A stretch of 32,000 nt of DNA from Candidatus Midichloria mitochondrii IricVA (GCF_000219355.1 NC_015722.1:630001-662000); one strand, 5' to 3'. Numbered from the stretch's first letter, positions 1-10,697 are shown. A program made the numbers and translations. The notes: generated by a model from the sequence alone, not told the origin.

Positions 1-1502
1 TGTTTGATATTGTGCTAGCAATCGAGGTCTTTAATTCACCATCCTCATATTCAACCCCATATTTACTATATATAACCGCTCTAATAGTTCCAATTAAGGT
101 GAGAGCGCTAAAAACATGGGATTTAACTGCAGATAATGGAATGCATAGAGAAGAAGTAGTTGTTAACTCAGTTGTTGTAGTGGTCGGCGTGGTTGTTGTC
201 GTTGTTGAGGTGGTAGCAGTTAGTGGGTATATATTAAGCAGCGAGTAAACTTTATAACCACCCCTACTCGTAGCAACAATATCTGCTCTACCATCATTGT
301 TAATATCTGTCGCAAACAATTGCATACGTCCCTAAATCTATGCCTTTATAACCACTAAAACTGCCCTGACCATTACCTAAAAGAATGGAAATAGGATTAT
401 CAAAATTAGTAGCCACTACCACATCTAATTTACCATCAAGATTAACATCAGCTAGAGACAATCTTTGAGGGCTATACCCAACTTCATAATCTTGCCTTGA
501 AACAAAACCTCCACTGCCGTTCCCAAGCAGCACTGAGATTGTTTGACTGAAAAAATTGGCTTTGTTAATACATCTTGCTACCATCATTATTGACATCTGC
601 TATAAAAACAACACCAGGATAGTCCCCAACTTCGTGGTTTTGTTTTGCTGCAAAAGTTCCATCTCCATAACCTAAATAATATAGAAATTGTGGGTGCACC
701 CCCAATTTGCTGTTATTATATCTCCCTGGCCCACCAGGTGAACCAACTCCATAAGAGACAGCAGACTTAAAAGTCCTACCGCCGTTGCCTAATAAGACAG
801 AAACTGAATTATTATCAATGTTTGCTGTTAGCGCATCTGGATTACCGTCACAGTTCACATCAACTACACTTAAAGGATACAGGCTCCCTTCCAACTGGTT
901 AGCTCACCGCTGGAGCAAATATTGCAGGACTGCTTATTGAAACTATATTAGAACCCTGACTGGCAACGATTTATCAGGGGCGAGCCCCCCATCAAGACCA
1001 GCTACTCTCACTCCTTCTGGCCTGTTGCCAATGTTATAATAAACTGCCTGCTGAAAACTACCATTACCATCGCCCAACAATATGGTCATTTTATTTTCAT
1101 TATAACAAGCATTAATGATGTCCGTATTGCCATCACAAAATTCAAGTCAGCTGTTGTTATCCCAACAGGCCCTGTACCGGTACTATGATATCTTTGCTGG
1201 TTGAAAACCACCATTGCCATTTCCTAATAGTATCCCAATATTGGTTCCTACACGATGAGCAGTAATTATATCAAGTTTATTATCATCATTAAAATCTGCC
1301 ACGGCCACTCCCCAAGGATTAGGACCAACACCATAAGTGAAAATCTCAAAATCCAAATCACCCTTTCCTATTAGCACAATCACTATATTAGATACATAAA
1401 TAGTACCCACTATATCTCGCCTTCCATCGGCATTAAAGTCTGCCACATCTACACAAGTAGCTCCTTGACCCACTACATAATTTGTTGTTGATAAAAAAAC
1501 AT
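1..1502 (-). pseudogene. FG-GAP/VCBS-repeat (integrin-alpha-like beta-propeller) protein with Thr-rich stalk, multiply frameshifted; 3' end runs off the window start
   Basis: Minus-strand fragments 1183..1473, 565..894 and 300..596, plus unlisted frames between them, all carry the blade motif DFN.DGK.D(I/V)...N.(I/V)S(I/V)LLGNG.G.F. The conceptual N-terminus MFFLSTTNYVVGQGATCVDVADFNADG needs T8 where the minus strand has T7 (1493-1499). After the last blade, the frame through about 296->1 reads NDGRADIVATSRGGYKVYSLLNIYPLTATTSTTTTTTPTTTTTELTTTSS, then a weakly hydrophobic stretch. Several frame changes and stops are present. Confidence 0.7.
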
Positions 1503-1843
1503 ATCAAATCCCCCACATATTAAATTGTTAACTTTAAGAGATTAACCTCAAGCGTAACCCTCCCCATTAGCCAAGGTTTACCTCGTCTTTAAAAATTTTG
1601 GGCTATTTTTTTGATAAGAGATCACATACAGCGCCATTTAAGCGCACCCAACAATGAGTACAACCGCTATTAATTTATGTCAACAACTATTAATAACATT
1701 TTAATATTATTTCATCGTTTGCGTGATAAGCGAGATGATCTGCTGGGGGAAAGGGGCCCGTTTGCTTTTTTCATGGCCCGCCCTTGCAAACTCACTTTAA
1801 CTATCAACTGTTAAGGAAGTATATATAGGTTAGTTAGCACCAG

Positions 1844-3280
1844 TTATTCCCCTTGCGCTTTGGAAAAACCATCAATACCGTCATAATTATACAAACTATG
1901 CAGTAATGCTACTTCCAAACCATTGTGCAAAACCAAATTCAATAAATCTGGAATATCTTTCGAAGATAACTTCACGCTTTCTTTCGCTAAGAACCTCAAT
2001 CTCATCATACTATTACCAACCTCTTCAGCCTCAGCGGTAGGCCACACAATCAACCCCCTTTGTGCTATGCTCTTTAAGACTAAGTTTAAGCTATTAGATT
2101 TGAAAATTTCAGCAATTTCTTCCACTGATCTTTGATGATCCATCAAGTAAATATCGACCCCGACCATTTCTTTATGCACCTGCTTTATTGGCTCTACTTG
2201 AACATTGATTTTTTCTGAAGATTTAGCTTCAATAGCTTTAAGCTGAGTTGGGATAGCACCTAAATTTTTAATCACAAGCTCTGTGAATTCCTTGGTAGAA
2301 AGCTTCTTCTTGCTTGCTGAATTAAATATATCAACTGTGTGCATGCCATCTTCAATAGTTTTGAGCCAAGCATTTTGAATTTTAGCCGCAATATCCTGTT
2401 GGCCTATATGATTTAGCATCAAGATAGCCGCATTTAAAAGCCCAGAAGGATTAGCAATATTTTGACCTGCAATATCTGGGGCCGAGCCATGTACCGCTTC
2501 AAACATTGCATATTCTGACCCAATGTTAGCGCTTCCAGCAAGACCAACTGAACCAGATACTTCTGCAGCTATGTCGGATAAAATATCACCATATAGATTC
2601 AAAGTTACAATTACATCAAACAGCTGAGGTTTTTTCGCGATCCTTGCCGCTCCTATGTCAACTATATAGCTATCAGCAGTAATCCCCTCATACTCCTTAG
2701 CAACTTCTTTAAAAATGTTATGAAAAAGGCCATCAGTAATCTTCATGATATTGTCCTTAATAACACAGGTGACTTTTGATCTTTTGTTTACTTTTGCATA
2801 TTCAAATGCGTACCTAATAATTCTTTCGCATCCTGCTTTAGAAATTAGCTTAAGCGACAGATAGCTGCTTTCTGTTGAGCGGTATTCGATACCAGCATAT
2901 AAATCTTCTTCGTTTTCCCTTACAATCACCATGTCTACTTTATTGTCAGAACCACTAACAAATGGCTGAAAAGATACGACCGGCCTAACATTTGCGAACA
3001 AACCTAACACCTTTCTAAATGTCACATTTAAACTTTTATATCCTTTGCCTTGAGGGGTAGTAATTGGCGCTTTTAATAAGATTTTGTGCTCTTTAATAGC
3101 GTTCCACGCTTCTTTAGATATTCCTGTTGAAACCCCTTGAGTATAGAGCTTCTCGCCTATTTCAACAAACTCAAAATTAAGCCTAGCTACAACAGATTTA
3201 AGTATCTCGAGTACTGACTCCATAATTTCTGGCCCTATTCCATCGCCTTTGGCAACAACTATTGTTTTTGCATCTTTCAT
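1844..3280 (-). CDS. icd: isocitrate dehydrogenase (long Rickettsia-type form)
   Basis: Intact 478-aa ORF. Isocitrate/isopropylmalate dehydrogenase motifs IVVAKGDGIGPEI, SLNVTFRK, VRENEEDLYAGIE and NLYGDILSD, followed by a long C-terminal extension. Confidence 0.9.
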   Translation of the reverse strand: MKDAKTIVVAKGDGIGPEIMESVLEILKSVVARLNFEFVEIGEKLYTQGVSTGISKEAWNAIKEHKILLKAPITTPQGKGYKSLNVTFRKVLGLFANVRPVVSFQPFVSGSDNKVDMVIVRENEEDLYAGIEYRSTESSYLSLKLISKAGCERIIRYAFEYAKVNKRSKVTCVIKDNIMKITDGLFHNIFKEVAKEYEGITADSYIVDIGAARIAKKPQLFDVIVTLNLYGDILSDIAAEVSGSVGLAGSANIGSEYAMFEAVHGSAPDIAGQNIANPSGLLNAAILMLNHIGQQDIAAKIQNAWLKTIEDGMHTVDIFNSASKKKLSTKEFTELVIKNLGAIPTQLKAIEAKSSEKINVQVEPIKQVHKEMVGVDIYLMDHQRSVEEIAEIFKSNSLNLVLKSIAQRGLIVWPTAEAEEVGNSMMRLRFLAKESVKLSSKDIPDLLNLVLHNGLEVALLHSLYNYDGIDGFSKAQGE

Positions 3281-3351
3281 TTCTATATCCTATTCGAATT
3301 ATCTTATTTAGTTAGTTTCGCTGTATAATAAATATCGGTCAAGCAGTAAAG

Positions 3352-4638
3352 TCAAATCACACCTTGATCCACTGCCAAAACATCTCCTGACAGGTATAAA
3401 GAACCACAAATCAATATTCTAATGCTTTTTCCCTTAGCATGCACTAAACATTTTTCAACTGCTTCCTTAATCGACTCCGAACATTCAGCATTAAAACCCA
3501 TTTCAACCGCAACTCGATAGATATTGTAAGAGCTTTCACTAAGCGGCTCAGATTTAATATGAGTTACACAAAAAAAATCTGCTTTGCCAATAAAACATTC
3601 TAAAAACCCAGCAATATCTCTATCTTTTGACCGCCCATTTATCAAATATAAAGGGAGTTTTTCTGGCATATTTTCAATGCTCGCTATAAGCATTTGCGCC
3701 CCTCCTATGTTATGCGCGCCGTCTAACCACATTTCAGATCCATCCTCTAGAATATCAAATAGTGCGCCTGAAGTAATTTTTTGCAGCCTTGCTGGCCAGA
3801 AAGTATGAGTTAACCCGTAGTCTATATATTGCTTACTAATATTAAAGGCATCTAAGCAGTTGATAGCCGCAATAGCAGTGGCCGCGTTTACTATTTGGTG
3901 TAGGCCATAAAGAGAAGGCATCGGAAATTCTAAAGTATGCTCATTACTCTTAAACAAAAAGTGATTCTGGGTGCCAGAAAAATCCCAATGTTTACCCCAA
4001 GCACAATAATTAGCGCCCATCCTTTCACATTCTTGTACCAAAACTTCCATCGCTTCAGATAGTTGCCAGCTTATGACACACTTAGAATTCTTCTTTATAA
4101 TTCCTGCCTTTTCTTTGGCAATAAGCGCAATAGTGTTCCCTAAGTATTCTACATGATCTAATGAGATAGGTGTAATAATTGACATTAATAGACTATCTAT
4201 AACATTAGTTGCATCTAATCTTCCCCCTAAACCGGTTTCCAGCAGCAGTATATCAGCCCGCACTCTTGAAAATGCTAAAAAAGCTGCGGCTGTTGTTCCT
4301 TCAAAAAAGGTTAATTGCATGTCACCTGCGGCAATTCTGCATTCTTCTATTATTTCCGTTAGAAAATCATCCTCTATTTCTTGGCCCGCAAGTGTGATTC
4401 GCTCATTAAATCTCACCAAATGTGGAGAAATGTATCGATGAACTTTATACCCTGCAGCTTCTAATATAGCCTTTAGATAAGCAATAGTCGAGCCCTTACC
4501 GTTAGTGCCGGCCACATGAACCACTGGGGGCAACTTCAAATGTGGATTACCTATTTTAGCAAGCATCTCTTTAATTCTACTCAAGCCCAAATCTATAGCT
4601 TTTTTACCATAGGGTATGGGCCAATATGGCAGTTTCAT
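3352..4638 (-). CDS. folC: bifunctional folylpolyglutamate synthase / dihydrofolate synthase
   Basis: 428-aa ORF. Mur-ligase P-loop VAGTNGKGST, ETGLGGRLDATN and the C-terminal-domain motif DGAHN. Confidence 0.9.
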   Translation of the reverse strand: MKLPYWPIPYGKKAIDLGLSRIKEMLAKIGNPHLKLPPVVHVAGTNGKGSTIAYLKAILEAAGYKVHRYISPHLVRFNERITLAGQEIEDDFLTEIIEECRIAAGDMQLTFFEGTTAAAFLAFSRVRADILLLETGLGGRLDATNVIDSLLMSIITPISLDHVEYLGNTIALIAKEKAGIIKKNSKCVISWQLSEAMEVLVQECERMGANYCAWGKHWDFSGTQNHFLFKSNEHTLEFPMPSLYGLHQIVNAATAIAAINCLDAFNISKQYIDYGLTHTFWPARLQKITSGALFDILEDGSEMWLDGAHNIGGAQMLIASIENMPEKLPLYLINGRSKDRDIAGFLECFIGKADFFCVTHIKSEPLSESSYNIYRVAVEMGFNAECSESIKEAVEKCLVHAKGKSIRILICGSLYLSGDVLAVDQGVI

Positions 4639-4721
4639 TCTTTATTCCTTAGTCAAGTTAAAGCATATTTATTGAGATACTATGAATTATATAATATAAA
4701 GGAAGAAAAATTCTCAAAAAA

Positions 4722-5561
4722 ATGCATAAAATTATAGAAATTAACGAAGTAAGAATCGCCAATAATAATTTACCTTTTATTTTAATCGCTGGGCCTTGCC
4801 AAATAGAGTCTAAAGAACACGCATTAGAAACTGCACATACTATTGCAGAGATAACCAAAAAATTAGGTATTAATTGTATATATAAAAGTTCATTTGATAA
4901 AGCTAATAGAACTTCTATTGAAGGCCGAAGAGGTATTGGCTTAGAAAAAGCATTGGAAATTTTTGAAGAAATAAAAAAACAAATTGAATGCCCTGTCCTT
5001 ACTGATGTACATCTTCCAGAGCAATGCGAGATTGTGTCCGACTATGTAGATGTCTTACAAATACCAGCATTTCTTTGCCGGCAAACCGATTTATTAATTG
5101 CAGCAGGACACACAGGCAAAGCTGTAAACATTAAAAAAGGGCAGTTTTTAGCGCCTCAGAACATGAAAAGTGCAGCAGATAAAGTAGCTTCAACTGGGAA
5201 CCAAAATATTCTGCTCACAGAGAGAGGAGTTTCTTTTGGATATAATAATCTAGTAAATGATATGCGAGCCCTTCCAATTATGGCTAAAACTGGCTATCCA
5301 GTTATATTTGACGCCACTCATTCTGTACAGCAACCAGGGGGTCTTGGCTTGAGTAGTGGCGGTCAAAGAGAATTCATTAAACCTCTTGCACGGGCTGCTG
5401 TTGCAGCTGGCGTTGCTGGCCTATTCATTGAAACCCATCCGAACCCCGATAGCGCACCTAGCGATGGCCCTTGTATGCTGCCCTTATCCGAATTAGAAGA
5501 GTTACTAACTGAATTAATTGAGTTCGATCAAATAGCTAAAAAGTATCCTATAAATTTATGA
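4722..5561 (+). CDS. kdsA: 2-dehydro-3-deoxyphosphooctonate aldolase (KDO-8-phosphate synthase)
   Basis: 279-aa ORF with KSSFDKANRTS, LQIPAFLCRQTDL and FDATHSVQQPGG. The stop overlaps the smpB start (ATGA at 5558-5561). Confidence 0.92.
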   Translation: MHKIIEINEVRIANNNLPFILIAGPCQIESKEHALETAHTIAEITKKLGINCIYKSSFDKANRTSIEGRRGIGLEKALEIFEEIKKQIECPVLTDVHLPEQCEIVSDYVDVLQIPAFLCRQTDLLIAAGHTGKAVNIKKGQFLAPQNMKSAADKVASTGNQNILLTERGVSFGYNNLVNDMRALPIMAKTGYPVIFDATHSVQQPGGLGLSSGGQREFIKPLARAAVAAGVAGLFIETHPNPDSAPSDGPCMLPLSELEELLTELIEFDQIAKKYPINL

Positions 5562-6022
5562 GTAATCTTCACGAAAAAAACATTTTAAAGAATATTTCTC
5601 AAAATAATCGCGCCTATTATGATTATTTCATAGAAGACATTTATGAAGCTGGGATCGTTCTTACAGGGACTGAGGTGAAGTCTTTAAGGAGTGGTAAAAT
5701 CAGTATAGCGGAATCCCATGCTGATGAAATCGACGGAGAAATTTTCTTACTTAATGCTAACATTCCAGAGTATATGGAAGCTAATCGATATAATCATTAT
5801 CCAAAAAGACCTAGGAAACTTTTGCTTCATGCTAACGAAATTCGAAAACTTATCGGGCTCATTAAAAGAAAAGGGTATACTCTTGTACCTATTGCTATCT
5901 ATTTCAACAAAAAAAACAAAGTTAAAGTAGCGCTGGGCCTAGGCAGAGGTAAGAAAAATTATGATAAACGCGAAACAATTAAAGAAAGGGAATGGCAGAG
6001 ACAAAAATCAAGGATGGAGTAG
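5558..6022 (+). CDS. smpB: SsrA-binding protein
   Basis: 154-aa ORF with NRAYYDYFIE, VLTGTEVKSLR and a basic C-terminal tail. It contains an in-frame A8 run at 5909-5916. Confidence 0.92.
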   Translation: MSNLHEKNILKNISQNNRAYYDYFIEDIYEAGIVLTGTEVKSLRSGKISIAESHADEIDGEIFLLNANIPEYMEANRYNHYPKRPRKLLLHANEIRKLIGLIKRKGYTLVPIAIYFNKKNKVKVALGLGRGKKNYDKRETIKEREWQRQKSRME

Positions 6023-7188
6023 GAGGCCGTTATAAAATAGCTATAATAGCCGGCGAACCATCAGGTGACTTAATCGCTGCAAAGCTTTTAAATCAATTAC
6101 AGCAAAAGATCTCAGTGGATGCCCGAGGCGTCGGGGGGGAGAATATGATTAAAAGAGGCTTTAAAACAATCTTTCCAATGAAAAATCTTTCCATTATGGG
6201 ATATTTTGAGGGAATAGCTAAACTCCCTATAATATTAATCCGGCTGTTTCAAACAGCAAGATGGATTAAATCTTATAACCCGGATATCTTAATTACCGTA
6301 GACTCCCCAGGCTTTAATCTTCGGCTAGTTAAAAAATTAAGAAAGCAACAAGTTGCTTTTCCTATAGTACAGTATGTAGCTCCTACCGTTTGGGCATATA
6401 AAACTGAAAGAGCTAAAAAATTTGCTGATTTATATGATCATATATTCGCTATACTGCCATTTGAAAAAAAATATTTCGATGAAGCGCACCTCCCCTGCAC
6501 TTACGTTGGGCATCCTGTCTTAGAAGATGAAGAAATTACCTCAAGTAAGGAAGAAATAAAGGAAAAATTTGGATTCAATAAACAAGATCAACTAATAACT
6601 GTAACTCCGGGAAGTAGAGAGCAAGAAATCAAATATCACTTAAAAGTATTGCTAGAAGCTGTCTCTAGATTAATTAGCAAGTATCATGGTATTTATTTTA
6701 TTATTCCAACCTTCCCTCGCCTTTTGCATATATACCAAGAGATCCTGTCCAATTATCAATTTCGAGAATATATTCTATTGAAAACAGACGCCGAAGAAAA
6801 AAGAGCGTTGCTATACGCTAGCAACGCTGCATTCATCAAATCAGGAACTGTCGCAATTGAATGCGCACTTCTCAAGGTACCGATGTTAATATTTTATAAG
6901 GTTTCTAAAATAACAGCGTGGCTAATAAGGAAGAAAATCAAAATAAGGTATATCAGTATATTAAACCTGATGGCTGATAAGATGATTATTCCAGAATTAA
7001 TTCAAGAAAATTTTACTGCTGATAATCTATTTAAAGAGATGGATAAATTGCTTGAAGAAGGAGAAAAGCAAGTTAATCAACTAGATGAAATAATTCAAAA
7101 ACTAAAAGTGGGTAACGCTACTAAGCCAAGCCAAATAGCAGCTGAAGTGATATTAAAGATTCTTCCAGAAAGAGACCTTATCATGTAA
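5992..7188 (+). CDS. lpxB: lipid-A-disaccharide synthase
   Basis: 398-aa ORF with IAGEPSGDLIAAKLL and VDSPGFNLRL. The start is uncertain: ATG 5992 overlaps the smpB end by 31 nt and there is no later in-frame ATG before the conserved N-terminus. Confidence 0.88.
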   Translation: MAETKIKDGVGGRYKIAIIAGEPSGDLIAAKLLNQLQQKISVDARGVGGENMIKRGFKTIFPMKNLSIMGYFEGIAKLPIILIRLFQTARWIKSYNPDILITVDSPGFNLRLVKKLRKQQVAFPIVQYVAPTVWAYKTERAKKFADLYDHIFAILPFEKKYFDEAHLPCTYVGHPVLEDEEITSSKEEIKEKFGFNKQDQLITVTPGSREQEIKYHLKVLLEAVSRLISKYHGIYFIIPTFPRLLHIYQEILSNYQFREYILLKTDAEEKRALLYASNAAFIKSGTVAIECALLKVPMLIFYKVSKITAWLIRKKIKIRYISILNLMADKMIIPELIQENFTADNLFKEMDKLLEEGEKQVNQLDEIIQKLKVGNATKPSQIAAEVILKILPERDLIM

Positions 7189-7815
7189 ATAGTTTAGATA
7201 AGCCTTATTAATAGCTTCAAATTTATATACCGCATGAGTCTCTACAAATTTTATATACTCAATTACTTCAGTTAACAAATCTTCATCAGACTCCACAACA
7301 TGTATACTGATGTTTTTTGCAAATATATAATTTTCAAATAAAAACTTTGCTCTTGGCATATGATAAGCGTTTGTTACTAACAGTACCCGCTCAATTTCAT
7401 GTATGGTTAAAAAAACCGAGGTCTCTTTGGCATTACTTTCAGTATTATTTGCCTCATACCCTAAGAATACCTTATCAATTTTACTGTTAGGAATAGATTT
7501 CTTTAAATAGCTTTTATTAAATGTCGAGCTGACCCCAGAAATTAAAAGAGTTTTTCCGCATCCCTGATTAAACAAGTCTATTCCAGCTTGGATCCTCTTA
7601 CCACCCCCTGTAATTACTACGATAGCTTGGCAGTTATCACAGGAAGGATTTTGCTCGTTAAAGTTTTTTATATGAAACCTAAAATAAAAAAATCCGAGAA
7701 ATAAAAAAACAAAAATCAATATAATGGAGTATCCTACTATCTTTAGTCTGCATTTCAATCTGCTAATTAAAATCTCCTTATTTATCATGCCATTTGCCAA
7801 AACCCACACTCGCAT
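7153..7815 (-). CDS. DUF218 (ElyC/YdcF/SanA-like) membrane-anchored envelope protein
   Basis: 220-aa ORF. N-terminal TM helix IILIFVFLFLGFFYF, then VVITGGGKRI and TNAYHMPRA, which are typical of DUF218. The 3' end overlaps convergent lpxB by 36 nt. Confidence 0.55.
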   Translation of the reverse strand: MRVWVLANGMINKEILISRLKCRLKIVGYSIILIFVFLFLGFFYFRFHIKNFNEQNPSCDNCQAIVVITGGGKRIQAGIDLFNQGCGKTLLISGVSSTFNKSYLKKSIPNSKIDKVFLGYEANNTESNAKETSVFLTIHEIERVLLVTNAYHMPRAKFLFENYIFAKNISIHVVESDEDLLTEVIEYIKFVETHAVYKFEAINKAYLNYLHDKVSFWKNL

Positions 7816-7925
7816 TTTAGGTATTTTTTAGAGCCAAAGCAATTTTTTAATTTTTCAAACTTAAAGTTGCTTTAAATTCTTTTTTTGCTACTCTTGTTTT
7901 TGCAATATTTATAAACTACCCAGAA

Positions 7926-10697
7926 ATGTACAAGCAAATTGGCTATTTCTTTATAATAACCTCTCTTTTGTTCGCCGTGTTTTTCACTATATTAGCCCAA
8001 GGAGAGGAGCCAATTTCAATTTTAAAGCGAAAACAGGCATTGATGTACACACTAACTGAGCAACTAAAAAATAGGGCACCCATAAATATAAAACTGAATC
8101 TAACTACTCAAAAGGGCACTAAGAACGTTATAAAAATAAATTCCGCAAATTCTGCTACAAACAATAAACCGAAAACAATATTACCTACAGAATTAGAGCA
8201 GGCTACTGAAAGCTTAAGTGAGAACCCAAAACTATTAACTCCTAAATTTGCACAAACCACCTCAACAGTTGCCAAAATTGAACAAAATTTATCAAGAACT
8301 ACTATAACCTTTTTATGGGATCAACCTGTAAAGGCGGCGGCTTTCATTAATAACGGAAAATTATGGATTATCTTTGACAAATTTTCTAATATACAGTTTA
8401 TTGATAATACCCAACAATTCCTTAATCCTAAGAATCAGGACTACATCAAAATATCTAACATGATGCAAAAGAAAATCGACAATGACAATACTTTTATAGT
8501 CTCTGATGTCAAGCTCCCTGAAGAAATTGAAGGTACGATTATCGCAGCCTATAAACAAGATAATAGCTGGATCATTGAAGTTGCACACCGCTTCGAAAAA
8601 CTAAAGAGTATTAAAGTTAACGCAAAATTTAATAACATTTATCCTTATCTAACAATCAGAACAGGAGAAAGATTTTATGGCACTATAGATTTTGTAGATC
8701 CATTTACCCACAAAAACATCAGCGTCGTACCTCTTTACAATAGCAATGTCGCAATACTAATCAAAAGAGAATTTGTTGATCTCAATATACTAGATACCAT
8801 CCAAGGGGTGGTTATAGAAAAAATATCTGATGGTGTTACCCTTAACCCTCTGGGCAATAAATCTTTTTCAATAACTAAGAAATCTGGTCTCAATATAGCA
8901 CCTGAAATTTACTTAGCTCAGCATGATAATTTATCCTATAACCTAATGAGATCCTCAGAAAAGGCCATTCTAAATCCGAAGTATTTCCAATCTGGAAAAG
9001 AATCTTTTATAAACACAGAAGATAAATTAATTAAAAAGATTGTAACAGCTAAACCATCCTTTAAGTCGCGTGCACGGCTTGAGTTAACTATGTTTTACTT
9101 GGCACATGGTTTTTATAATGAAGCGAAGGCTGTACTGAACTTAGCCCGTGAAGAAGACAAAATGCTAAATAAGAAATATCAGGTAATTACATTGTTAGCG
9201 GCTCTTGAATTTTTCACCAGAAACCATCAAAAAGCGCTATATGAAATTCAAAACTTTGATATTGAAGATGTACCGACGATACACCGAGAGGAATTCAGAT
9301 TTTGGCAGTCACTTATTAGTTATAGTAATGCTGAAAACTACCAATATGTTGCCCTTTCAAATACCTTAAGGGTTTTTACCAATCTGAACAATAATTTTCT
9401 TCAGTATTATACAGACCAAATGCTTGCCGAGATAGGATTTATAACATTTGAATATAAAATTCAAAACAATTCCTTAGAAGATGCCTATAAAATTCTCAAT
9501 GTAATGAACAAATTTTACTATTCAGACGAAATCTCTAGAAACAGGTTGAATTATGACATAGCAAGGTACTACCTAGCAGATCACGACACTAAAAGTGCAC
9601 TTGATTATTTTGATAGGTGCCTTGAAGAGTTTGATGATAACCTTCACTATAACCGCTGCCATTATTATAGAGCACTAATGCTCAGAAAATCAAATATGAT
9701 CAGTGAAGAACAATTAATAGAAATCCTAGAAAGAGTTAGACTACGATGGAAAGGAGATAATTTTGAAATTAGAGTTTCAAAAAAGCTATACGAAATATAC
9801 ACTACAACTAACCGCATTATCGAGGCACTAAGAGTTGGACAATCTATATTAAATAATTACCCAGCTTCCTTAGAAGCCGTGCAAATGAGTAACAACATGA
9901 GTAAATCCTTTATAAGGTTTTTCTTAGAAAAGGATAACAACCACAATGACCCTATCCAGGCCTTAGAAATATTTTTTGAATTCCAGCATCTATTACCAAT
10001 TGGTATTATTGGAGACGAAATTATCTTAAGGGTAGCCGATTATTTAGATGAACTAGATCTATTGGATAGGTATATAGTTTTATTAGAACACCAGGTAAAA
10101 AACAGATTAACAGGCTTTAAAAAAGAGCGCGCAATCAACAAATTAGCTTCAGCATATATTAAAAATCTCCAGCCAGTTAATGCTATTAACATCATGAATT
10201 TTAAGTCTCCGAATTTTCACTTACCAGAATTCATGGAAAGAGAGAGACGGCATATCGTTGCCAAAGCCTTGCAGAAATTAGGAAAAGATAAAGATGTGCT
10301 TACTTTACTTAAAGATGATATAAGCCATCAATCCGACGAAATTAAAAGTGAAATCTTTTGGCAAAAGAAAGATTGGAGCTCTTTCAATGACTTTTCAGAA
10401 CCTTATATATATTCAATAAGAAACAAAGAGTTTACTTTAAATGCCAAAGAAGTTGAGCGCATATTAAAACAAATGATTTCATATCTTAACTTAAAAGAAT
10501 ACGAATTGTTAGAAGCTTTATATGAAGACTTCAAACCTAGAATCCCAACGAATGATAAATACTACAAATCTATACAGTTACTATCTAATATTTCGAAAGT
10601 ACAAAAGCTAAAAGATAAAAATAAGCTTGCTTTTGACGTCGATGAGATTCATCAATTAACTTCAGAAATGATAAATTCTCTAAATAATTCAATATGA
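7926..10697 (+). CDS. hypothetical 923-aa signal-anchored protein; beta-rich N-terminal half, helical repeat (TPR-like) C-terminal half; function unknown
   Basis: Long uninterrupted ORF with N-terminal hydrophobic segment IGYFFIITSLLFAVFFTILA. The C-terminal half is rich in amphipathic helical repeats (for example FYLAHGFYNEAKAVLNLA and YYLADHDTKSALDYFDRCLE). The stop overlaps the kdsB start (ATGA at 10694-10697). I recognise no family. Confidence 0.6.
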   Translation: MYKQIGYFFIITSLLFAVFFTILAQGEEPISILKRKQALMYTLTEQLKNRAPINIKLNLTTQKGTKNVIKINSANSATNNKPKTILPTELEQATESLSENPKLLTPKFAQTTSTVAKIEQNLSRTTITFLWDQPVKAAAFINNGKLWIIFDKFSNIQFIDNTQQFLNPKNQDYIKISNMMQKKIDNDNTFIVSDVKLPEEIEGTIIAAYKQDNSWIIEVAHRFEKLKSIKVNAKFNNIYPYLTIRTGERFYGTIDFVDPFTHKNISVVPLYNSNVAILIKREFVDLNILDTIQGVVIEKISDGVTLNPLGNKSFSITKKSGLNIAPEIYLAQHDNLSYNLMRSSEKAILNPKYFQSGKESFINTEDKLIKKIVTAKPSFKSRARLELTMFYLAHGFYNEAKAVLNLAREEDKMLNKKYQVITLLAALEFFTRNHQKALYEIQNFDIEDVPTIHREEFRFWQSLISYSNAENYQYVALSNTLRVFTNLNNNFLQYYTDQMLAEIGFITFEYKIQNNSLEDAYKILNVMNKFYYSDEISRNRLNYDIARYYLADHDTKSALDYFDRCLEEFDDNLHYNRCHYYRALMLRKSNMISEEQLIEILERVRLRWKGDNFEIRVSKKLYEIYTTTNRIIEALRVGQSILNNYPASLEAVQMSNNMSKSFIRFFLEKDNNHNDPIQALEIFFEFQHLLPIGIIGDEIILRVADYLDELDLLDRYIVLLEHQVKNRLTGFKKERAINKLASAYIKNLQPVNAINIMNFKSPNFHLPEFMERERRHIVAKALQKLGKDKDVLTLLKDDISHQSDEIKSEIFWQKKDWSSFNDFSEPYIYSIRNKEFTLNAKEVERILKQMISYLNLKEYELLEALYEDFKPRIPTNDKYYKSIQLLSNISKVQKLKDKNKLAFDVDEIHQLTSEMINSLNNSI

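Noticed and set aside
12-248. Plus-strand 78-aa ORF with a striking poly-Val run (VVVNSVVVVVGVVVVVVEVV)
   Set aside because: It is the antisense reading of the poly-Thr stalk codons (ACN) of the minus-strand FG-GAP gene. It has no independent start context or homology logic.
1736-1795. Possible dispersed GC-rich repeat (RPE-like element) shared between the icd-downstream spacer and the kdsB-gatB spacer (11500-11680)
   Set aside because: Only short strings (TTTTCAT, TTGCAA, GGCCC) are shared, at different spacings. This is not enough to call a repeat family by eye.
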